Source: Clostridia bacterium (GTDB lineage Bacteria; Bacillota; Clostridia; Oscillospirales; SIG627). From it: a DNA stretch of 55,615 bases. Within the stretch, counting starts at the first letter, position 1. The number at the start of each line of letters is the position of its first letter. A program made the translations under genes and the position numbers. Location: NCBI GenBank assembly GCA_017453605.1, contig JAFTEP010000149.1, forward strand, positions 1 to 55,615, read 5' to 3'. Below are positions 27,759 through 34,363 of the stretch, in pieces. The notes beneath the pieces were generated by a model, which worked only from the letters and a program-made list of their open reading frames with translations, was not told the origin of the DNA and searched no databases.

Positions 27759-28631
27759 ATGAAAATCTCAATGAACGTCTGGTACTTCAACGGCTCCCGG
27801 ACGCCGGGGAAAAGAAGGTCGCTCGAGGAGACGATGAAGCTCTGCGCGGACGCGGGCTTCAAAGCCGTCGACTGCGCGATAGACGCCTGGAGGGACGACT
27901 GGGAGGCTCAGGTCGACGCGACGATGAACGCCGCCGCGAAGTACGGGATCGAGCTCGATCAGTCGCACGCGCCCTTCAACTTCTATTCAAAGCTGCCGCG
28001 CGAGGTCTTTCTGAAGGCGCTCGGGAACAGCGCGAGAGCCGCAGTGAAAATGGGGATCAAAACGCTCGTCTTCCACGCCGACGAATACCATCCGCCCAAA
28101 GGCGGCCTCTTCGATCCGAAAGCGGCGCTCGAAGAGATCTACGACTGTCTCGCGCCGAGCATAGAGCTTCTGACCGCCGGCGGAGTCAAGGCCGGGCTCG
28201 AGACGGTCTTCGACAGGGGCAGGGACCTCCCGCTCGATCAGCGCACGCACTTCTGCGCGGACATAAACGAGCTGATCGCGATCATCGACAGGTTCAACGA
28301 TCCGATGGTCGGCTGCTGCTGGGACTTCGGCCACGCAAGGCTCGCTTTCGGCAGGGACAAACACGCCGAAATGATAAAGAAGATGGGAAGCCGCATAAAC
28401 TGCACTCACGTTCAGGACAACCGCGGCGGCGGGCTTGACATCCATCTGCCGCCGTTCTTCGGCGACATGAACTGGGAGGAGCTGATGGCGGCGCTGAAAT
28501 CGACGGGATATTCCGGCTCGCTGACGTTCGAAGTGATCTACTCCTGCCTGCCGGACGCGCTGATAGAAGACCACGCGAGACAGCTCTACCGCATCGGAGA
28601 GGTCCTCGCGGACGCGTTTGAAAGATCGTAA
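27759..28631 (+). CDS. Sugar phosphate isomerase/epimerase (xylose-isomerase-like TIM barrel), paralog 2
   Basis: 290 aa. Colinear with the preceding gene, with the same motifs. About three quarters of residues are identical by eye. Confidence 0.8.
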   Translation: MKISMNVWYFNGSRTPGKRRSLEETMKLCADAGFKAVDCAIDAWRDDWEAQVDATMNAAAKYGIELDQSHAPFNFYSKLPREVFLKALGNSARAAVKMGIKTLVFHADEYHPPKGGLFDPKAALEEIYDCLAPSIELLTAGGVKAGLETVFDRGRDLPLDQRTHFCADINELIAIIDRFNDPMVGCCWDFGHARLAFGRDKHAEMIKKMGSRINCTHVQDNRGGGLDIHLPPFFGDMNWEELMAALKSTGYSGSLTFEVIYSCLPDALIEDHARQLYRIGEVLADAFERS

Positions 28632-28645
28632 AGCCCCTTCACGAC

Positions 28646-28678
28646 CCGGACGGAGACAAAAACCCCGTCCGGTTTTTT
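28646..28678 (+). terminator. Rho-independent terminator
   Basis: CCGGACGG / CCGTCCGG stem followed by TTTTTT. Confidence 0.8.
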
Positions 28679-28748
28679 GTCGCCGAAAAGATCCTTCGGG
28701 AAAAAACATTTGCGTTTTGTGTGACTTTGGGCTGAAAAGGGCAAAAAC

Positions 28749-28777
28749 TTGACAGAAAAGGCAACTTTTGATAAACT
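28749..28777 (+). promoter_or_regulatory. Sigma-70-type promoter
   Basis: TTGACA, 17 nt, TAAACT, 60 nt upstream of ATG 28837. Confidence 0.6.
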
Positions 28778-28836
28778 TTAAAAAGACGACCCGGCGGCGG
28801 AAGCCGTGAAACGAATCGGAAAAAGGAGCTTGGATC

Positions 28837-30354
28837 ATGCCGGAAAACAAGATCGCGCTGAACTGGGACGGGGACGCGGAGTTTTTTTTCCTGAAATACT
28901 CAGGGGTCTTTGATGATCCTGAAAATATTAAAGAAAAGGCGAAAGCCTATATAGACCGATACTACCGGGACCGCGGGATCGGGGACATCTTTTTCAACAT
29001 ATTCGCGCAGACCTCCGTCACGCCCTCGCGCGTGTTCACGGACCGCGTGACTAAACTTCACCAAAAAGAAGAAAACGGGACAAAGGTGGACTATTCCGGT
29101 CTCGAGTACCTCGCCCTGCCCGCCGAATGCCGCGAGAAGTACGGCGTCGGACTTACGGAAACGTGGATAGATCATTGCCGGGAGGCCGGGATACGCCCGT
29201 GGATCTCTTTCAGGATGAACGACAACCACTTCCGCGACGAAAAGACCTGTTTTCTGAGGGGCGACTTCTTCTACGAGGCGCTCGAAAACGGCTGGATCCT
29301 CGGAGACGGCTACCGCTCGGGATACCGCAACTGGGACTACGCCGCGAAGCCCGTGCAGGACAAAATGATCGCCTATATCTCGGAACAGCTCGGCGCTCTC
29401 GACGTCTTCGGGATAGAGCTCGACTTCATGAGAGAGCCGAAATGCCTGAAATATCTTTCTCCCGGCGACCACTGCGGCGTGATCAACGGCTTTATGGAGC
29501 GCGCCAAGGACGCCGTGAAAAAACAAGAGAAGATAAGAAAACACCCGATAAAGATCGCGGTCCGCGTGCCGAGAGACCCCATGCTTTCAAAGCGCATCGG
29601 CTTCGACGCTCTTTACTGGGCGAAAAACTCCCTCGCCGACGTCGTGATCCCCTCCTCGCACTGGATCTGCAACGACACCGGGATGCCGATCGCGGACTGG
29701 GTGAAAATGCTCTCCCCTTACGGCGCCGAAGTCTGGGCGTGCATGGAAATGAACCTGCCCGGCAGGCTGACCGTGGATCTTGAGGCGGCGAAGGCGCACA
29801 CCGCGCAGTACGCCGCTCAGGGCAGCGCGAAAACGTATATCTTCAATCTCTATCACCCGTATTTCGAGCGCCACTGGGCAAACGACGGCTCCGTCTGGGT
29901 CCGGCCTCCGCGCGCCGAAGAAACCCTGAAGATATGGGAGACCGCCGGGGATCCCGAAAAGTGCCGCCGCGGCGTGAGACGGCATATCGTGACCGAAGAG
30001 ATCTTCGGCTTCCAAGAGATCAAGCCGCGCTGGGCTCCCCTGCCAATGAAGATCGGCGAGGGGAAGATCCTCGAGGTACAGACGGGACCTATAGAAAAAG
30101 GGGACGAAGTCACGGTGTATTTCGTCTCGACCGGCGCGTCGTCGAACGATCTCAACGTGAGTCTCGACGGAGAAAAGTGCGTTCCGGTAAAGAATACGGA
30201 TGCGGATATCATAAGGGCGGGGACCGATGAAAAGACCGTTCTTGCTTACAGGGCGCCTGACGCGAAAAGGGACGGCGCGGCGCGCGTTCTGTGGATCACG
30301 GGAAAAGCAGAAGCCGAAATAACCTACGCGGAAATAAAGATCGACGCTCACTGA
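28837..30354 (+). CDS. Hypothetical protein, possibly glycoside-hydrolase-like TIM barrel (GHL10-like) with C-terminal beta-rich domain
   Basis: 505 aa. AAGGAG RBS. WISFRMNDNH and FGIELDFMREP resemble GHL-type TIM barrels. This assignment is weak. Confidence 0.4.
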   Translation: MPENKIALNWDGDAEFFFLKYSGVFDDPENIKEKAKAYIDRYYRDRGIGDIFFNIFAQTSVTPSRVFTDRVTKLHQKEENGTKVDYSGLEYLALPAECREKYGVGLTETWIDHCREAGIRPWISFRMNDNHFRDEKTCFLRGDFFYEALENGWILGDGYRSGYRNWDYAAKPVQDKMIAYISEQLGALDVFGIELDFMREPKCLKYLSPGDHCGVINGFMERAKDAVKKQEKIRKHPIKIAVRVPRDPMLSKRIGFDALYWAKNSLADVVIPSSHWICNDTGMPIADWVKMLSPYGAEVWACMEMNLPGRLTVDLEAAKAHTAQYAAQGSAKTYIFNLYHPYFERHWANDGSVWVRPPRAEETLKIWETAGDPEKCRRGVRRHIVTEEIFGFQEIKPRWAPLPMKIGEGKILEVQTGPIEKGDEVTVYFVSTGASSNDLNVSLDGEKCVPVKNTDADIIRAGTDEKTVLAYRAPDAKRDGAARVLWITGKAEAEITYAEIKIDAH

Positions 30355-30383
30355 GAAGGGCTCCATATCGTTTTACAATGGTG

Positions 30384-30412
30384 TTGACAAAGAGCGCGAT
30401 TTGATATATACT
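30384..30412 (+). promoter_or_regulatory. Sigma-70-type promoter
   Basis: TTGACA, 17 nt, TATACT, 55 nt upstream of ATG 30467. Confidence 0.65.
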
Positions 30413-30466
30413 TATATAAGCGCTTATCCGACCTCAAAACCGAAAACGGCGCGCAAGGAGCAGACA

Positions 30467-31570
30467 ATGAACAGCTTAGAAGCTTTTGAAATGATGAGAA
30501 GGGTCATTTCCCGCTATCCCATAAAGGGCGAGATCGCGGCGGTGAACCTCATCCCCACCGGGCACATAAACGATACCTTCTGCGTCGCGGTCATCGAAAA
30601 CGACGCCGCGAACAAGTATATCGCGCAGAGGATCAATACCTACGTCTTCAAAAAGCCCGATCAGGTCATGAAGAACATCCAGACCGTCGCCCAATATCTC
30701 GACAAGAGGGGGATAAAGGAAAAGTGCGACATCCGCCGCTACATCAACGCGCTCGACGGCAATAACTACGTCGTCGAAGACGGCTGTTTCTGGCGGCTCT
30801 GCAGATACGTCGAGAACTCCGTCAGCTACGACACCGTAGAGAACGAAAAAGTCCTCACCAACGCCGGCTACGCCTTCGGACGCTTCCAGGCGATGCTCGC
30901 GGGGCTCCCGATGGACAGCCTTTACGAGACGATCCCCGATTTCCACAACACGCGCGTCAGGATGGACAACCTCTTCAGGTCCTACGAAAAAAACGAGGCG
31001 GGAAGAGCCGGAGAAGTCGCCGGTGAAATGGAGTTTTTTGCCGCAAACCGCGCTCTCTGCTCGCGCCTTGTCGAAATGCTCGAGGCGGGCGAGCTGCCGC
31101 TGAGGGTCACTCACAACGACACCAAATACAACAACATCCTCATGGACAGAACGACCGGCGAGCCCCTGTGCGTCATCGACCTCGACACGATAATGCCCGG
31201 GCTCTCGCTCTACGATTTCGGAGACGCGATAAGATTTGCGGCAAACACCGCAGCCGAAGACGAGACGGATCTTGATAAAGTCTCCCTCAATATGGACTAT
31301 TTCAAGGCGTTCACCAAGGGCTTTCTTGCGGCCTGCGGCGACAGCCTCACAAAAAACGAGCTCGACAACCTCGCGCTCGGCGCCTTCGTCATCACCGCGG
31401 AGATCGCCTCGAGATTCCTGGCGGACTATCTCGACGGCGACAAGTATTTCCACATCCACCGTCCCAAACACAACCTCGAAAGGGCAAGATGTCAGATCAG
31501 ACTCGCGCAGGATATGCTTTCAAAACTCGATAAAATGCGCGAAGCGGTTTATTCATTTGTGAAAAACTGA
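30467..31570 (+). CDS. Aminoglycoside-phosphotransferase-fold sugar kinase, N-acetylhexosamine 1-kinase (NahK)-like
   Basis: Start moved from TTG 30401, which lies inside the promoter, to ATG 30467 (AAGGAG RBS). Catalytic loop VTHNDTKYNNILMD and IDLDT Mg site. Confidence 0.65.
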   Translation: MNSLEAFEMMRRVISRYPIKGEIAAVNLIPTGHINDTFCVAVIENDAANKYIAQRINTYVFKKPDQVMKNIQTVAQYLDKRGIKEKCDIRRYINALDGNNYVVEDGCFWRLCRYVENSVSYDTVENEKVLTNAGYAFGRFQAMLAGLPMDSLYETIPDFHNTRVRMDNLFRSYEKNEAGRAGEVAGEMEFFAANRALCSRLVEMLEAGELPLRVTHNDTKYNNILMDRTTGEPLCVIDLDTIMPGLSLYDFGDAIRFAANTAAEDETDLDKVSLNMDYFKAFTKGFLAACGDSLTKNELDNLALGAFVITAEIASRFLADYLDGDKYFHIHRPKHNLERARCQIRLAQDMLSKLDKMREAVYSFVKN

Positions 31571-31574
31571 AAAA

Positions 31575-32078
31575 ATGAAGCTTAACGGCAGGACAAAAAG
31601 TCTCATCCGCTGGATCCCCGCCCTGATATTGATGGTCGTCATCTTTTCGTTCTCGGCTCAGGACGCCCCGACCTCCTCAAAGGTCAGCACCGAAGTGGTC
31701 GAACTGCTCGACCCCATCGTCGAACCGATAACCCGCAAGATGACCCCCGTCCAGAAGCAGGACTTCAAGACCTCGTTTCACGACACCGTCAGAAAATCGG
31801 CGCACTTTTTGATATTCCTGCTCCTCGGAGCGGCGTTCATGTTCGCGCTCGCGCCGTACAACTTCAAAGGTCTTCTCTGTCATTTTATAAGCGTCGGTCT
31901 CAGCTTCGTCTACGCCTGCACCGACGAGTTCCACCAGAGCTTCGTTTCGGGCAGAGGTCCGGCTTTCACGGACGTTCTGATCGACACGGCCGGGGCTCTC
32001 ATCGGCGTTCTGATCTTCTGGGGCGTCCGGACGCTGGTAAAAAAGATCAAAAACAAAAAGAAAACAAAAAAAGCCTGA
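31575..32078 (+). CDS. VanZ family membrane protein
   Basis: 167 aa, 4-5 TM helices. RKSAHFLIFLLLG and DEFHQSFVSGR motifs. Confidence 0.85.
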   Translation: MKLNGRTKSLIRWIPALILMVVIFSFSAQDAPTSSKVSTEVVELLDPIVEPITRKMTPVQKQDFKTSFHDTVRKSAHFLIFLLLGAAFMFALAPYNFKGLLCHFISVGLSFVYACTDEFHQSFVSGRGPAFTDVLIDTAGALIGVLIFWGVRTLVKKIKNKKKTKKA

Positions 32079-32092
32079 ACTTTATTAGCCGT

Positions 32093-32125
32093 CCCCCGCG
32101 TGAATCCGCGGGGGAAAGTTTTTTA
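32093..32125 (+). terminator. Rho-independent terminator of vanZ
   Basis: CCCCCGCG / CGCGGGGG stem, 6-nt loop, then AAAGTTTTTT. Confidence 0.75.
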
Positions 32126-32409
32126 TCGGGCTGTCAAAGCGCTCACGCGCACGTCCTTCTTCGCCTTGGCTTCCGCAAGAACGGGAACCTCAGCTTCACC
32201 CGATACTTCGGCGGGCGTTCTCTTCTCTTCGGAGTTCTCCTCCGAAACGTTCTTTTCCGGCGCGGTGTTCATTTCTTCCGCACCTCTCTTTTTTTCTTCC
32301 ATTTCTTTTTTCCTTTCTGTTCATGGAATTTGTTTTCTCGCGGCTCGCTTCTCGCTCCCCGCTCCTCGAGTATATCAACTTACCCCGACATATTCCGTCG
32401 GGGTTGAAC

Positions 32410-32452
32410 AAAAAAAATTCCCTGCAAGTCTGGCTTACCCAAACTTGCAGGG
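32410..32452 (-). terminator. Rho-independent terminator closing the toxin/immunity cassette (hairpin copy A)
   Basis: Minus strand: CCCTGCAAGT-13 nt-ACTTGCAGGG followed by AATTTTTTTT. Confidence 0.75.
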
Positions 32453-32492
32453 AAACTGAGATCAAATAATTCCGGATAAATACACCATTTAT

Positions 32493-32984
32493 TTAGTCAG
32501 ATATGAGAACTTTATAGACAAAGCACGACCTCCAATCGAGTTTGCCGGTTATGCTGTTTTCTAAAACAAAAGCGATGTTTTCTACATTATCAAGCAAACC
32601 GTTGCGATTTAGGCAACTCTTTATCCTATCATCCTCGCTTCTATCTTTGATTAGCGACTCTGCAAGATCACAAACCACGTCTATACCTAAAAACTCAAGA
32701 TGATATCCAAATAGATTCTCTAATGGTGAATATGAAAAAGCAATAATTTCACAATTCACCTTTTCTTTCCTAAAAAACTTATAGTAACTCAAAAGCAATT
32801 TAAACTGCTCCAGATCGTATGAATAACTTTTTTTCGGATTGCAGGTATCATCCAAAAAATTAAAATACTGATCCAACAGTTTCTTATAGTTACTTTTAGT
32901 GTCTTTAGTTAAAAAATCATGAACCTCTATTGAACGATCTATACCTCTGTATGACCAAGTTATAGAAACAATATCAAACCGCAT
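32493..32984 (-). CDS. Putative cognate immunity protein of the Rhs-CT toxin (no recognised family)
   Basis: 163 aa from ATG 32984 (GGAGAT RBS); the track version starts at TTG 33059. Lies immediately downstream of the toxin ORF, is very AT-rich, and has no signal peptide or TM segment. Confidence 0.5.
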   Translation of the reverse strand: MRFDIVSITWSYRGIDRSIEVHDFLTKDTKSNYKKLLDQYFNFLDDTCNPKKSYSYDLEQFKLLLSYYKFFRKEKVNCEIIAFSYSPLENLFGYHLEFLGIDVVCDLAESLIKDRSEDDRIKSCLNRNGLLDNVENIAFVLENSITGKLDWRSCFVYKVLISD

Positions 32985-33045
32985 TTTTATCTCCAACCCC
33001 AAACAAGAATAGTATGATTTTTTGCTGTATACTAATACTAAATAT

Positions 33046-34002
33046 TCAAGATTTGCCAATTAGTTTCATTAAAAAATCCCACGCATCTTTAAATATTTGA
33101 ATATGACAATTATTCAATTCACCGTGCCCACCAAATAAATGAATATGCCATGTATAACCATTATGTGGAGAGTCTAAACTAATTTCAAAACCAAAACGTT
33201 TTGCGAGTTCATATATTTTTATTGCCCAACTGTAAGGTAATATAATAAGTTTAGAGTTAAGCAATCGAGCAAGTGCAATAAATTTTGAGGAATCCGTTGC
33301 TAATGTGAACGGATTTATTCCTAAAAACTCCATTGATTTCACAAACGTCTTAGCACCAAGTTTATCAAAGAGTTTAAAAACAGTTGATGGGTTTGCTTTC
33401 AGATACGTTGCTATTAGTTTAGTAACTAAAGCTCCAGCAAACCATCCGATTATAGCTCCACCAATTACAACGCCTGTTCGAATTGCCCAATACTTCCATC
33501 CACTACTATATCCAATACTTTTTGCAAACCAGTCGCCAAAAAACCATCCTACAATAGCTCCTATTGCTGCGCAAATAATATTAATAGCCGCCATACCTGA
33601 CTCGTCTATCATATTTATTGGGTTGTTTTCTGAATACTCAAAACAATTATAACAAACAAGCGTTTCTCCAAGACCAATATTTGTAATTTCATCCCCGTTG
33701 ATAAACCTGCCCACCACAGGGTCATAGTATCTGGACTGGAGGTAGTAGAGGGATATATCGTTGTCAAAGTAGTAGGATCTGTAGCGGTAGGGGTTGACGG
33801 TGGAGATAGAGCATAAGGAGGTGTCGGAGAGCACGGTGCAGACGCCCCAGGCGTCGTATCTGTACTTTGCGACGTCGCTTCCGTTGGCGTCGGTGATCGC
33901 GATCACGTCGCGCGGCGGAACTTTCCTTCTTCGTACTATAATTGTACACTTTTGCTCACGAATTGTCAACGGTTCGACAGCGGCTCGCGCCTGCTCGCTC
34001 AT
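33046..34002 (-). CDS. Orphan RHS repeat-associated core fragment fused to a C-terminal polymorphic-toxin domain
   Basis: DANGSDVAKYRYDAWG...NPYRYRSYYFDNDISLYYLQSRYYDPVVGRFINGDE...NCFEYSENNPINMIDESG is the C-terminal end of the RHS-associated core. No YD repeats lie upstream. The start is uncertain: ATG 34002 or GTG 33906. Track residues 1-29 upstream are not credible. Confidence 0.65.
   Translation of the reverse strand: MSEQARAAVEPLTIREQKCTIIVRRRKVPPRDVIAITDANGSDVAKYRYDAWGVCTVLSDTSLCSISTVNPYRYRSYYFDNDISLYYLQSRYYDPVVGRFINGDEITNIGLGETLVCYNCFEYSENNPINMIDESGMAAINIICAAIGAIVGWFFGDWFAKSIGYSSGWKYWAIRTGVVIGGAIIGWFAGALVTKLIATYLKANPSTVFKLFDKLGAKTFVKSMEFLGINPFTLATDSSKFIALARLLNSKLIILPYSWAIKIYELAKRFGFEISLDSPHNGYTWHIHLFGGHGELNNCHIQIFKDAWDFLMKLIGKS
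33941..33969 (-). promoter_or_regulatory. Near-consensus sigma-70 promoter internal to the track ORF
   Basis: Minus strand: TTGACA, 17 nt, TACAAT. It is followed by AAGGAAAG (33928..33921) and an in-frame GTG at 33906. Confidence 0.55.
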
Positions 34003-34010
34003 ATAGAAAT

Positions 34011-34045
34011 CCCCGGCAAGTCTGGGAAGCCCAAACTTGCCGGGG
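34011..34045. repeat. Hairpin copy B, homologous to the terminator hairpin at 32420..32452
   Basis: CCCCGGCAAGT-13 nt-ACTTGCCGGGG. It matches 27 of 33 positions of copy A. The two stem differences are compensatory (T..A versus G..C). Confidence 0.7.
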
Positions 34046-34363
34046 GATGGGGATAATCGGCCACGTACACCACAACTAATCAGAGACACTCTTTAAGATT
34101 CTCCCAAAATGATGTGCTTACCTTTTATCAATTCAATCAAAGATTAAAAATTGAACCGATCAAGAGTATTACGATTTGTTAGTTGTAAGATGCAATAATG
34201 CAATAAACCGTTATAACAAGTTTACCTTTTTATGTGACAGATACCTTAGAATTTTTTCCTTCGCTCCGCTCAGGATGACAAGGGGGGATGACCCGTTTTC
34301 GCAGACGCTCGGGCGGCGGCGAAAATCTGACGCTTCGAAAATGCGGCAATCCCGCATTCCGAT

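Noticed and set aside
25845-28850. Three long minus-strand ORFs (25845-26855, 26758-27771, 27987-28850) opposite ThuA and the two TIM-barrel genes.
   Set aside because: These are shadow ORFs. The plus-strand genes have RBSs, conserved metal-ligand motifs and a terminator. The antisense products have no motifs and no RBS.
30401-30466. N-terminal extensions in the track for several genes. These are the TTG at 30401; also 36644-36925 (helicase), 51232-51663 (metH), 5461-5586 (Ntn hydrolase), 48867-48917 (glycosidase), 40466-40543 (glmS) and 13055-13102 (rlmD).
   Set aside because: The extensions overlap promoters, the glmS ribozyme or upstream genes, and they lack an RBS. The internal starts have good RBSs and give canonical N-termini such as MCGIVGY and MCTSLV.
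32100-32465. Track ORFs 32100-32459 (+) and 32196-32465 (-) in the vanZ/cassette gap.
   Set aside because: Both begin inside terminator hairpins, have no RBS, and encode low-complexity Ser/Phe- or Arg/Lys/Glu-rich strings.
34003-34089. The first 29 residues of the track toxin ORF (MSLISCGVRGRLSPSPGKFGLPRLAGDFY).
   Set aside because: These are a translation of hairpin copy B and its flank, not of RHS sequence. There is no RBS at 34089.
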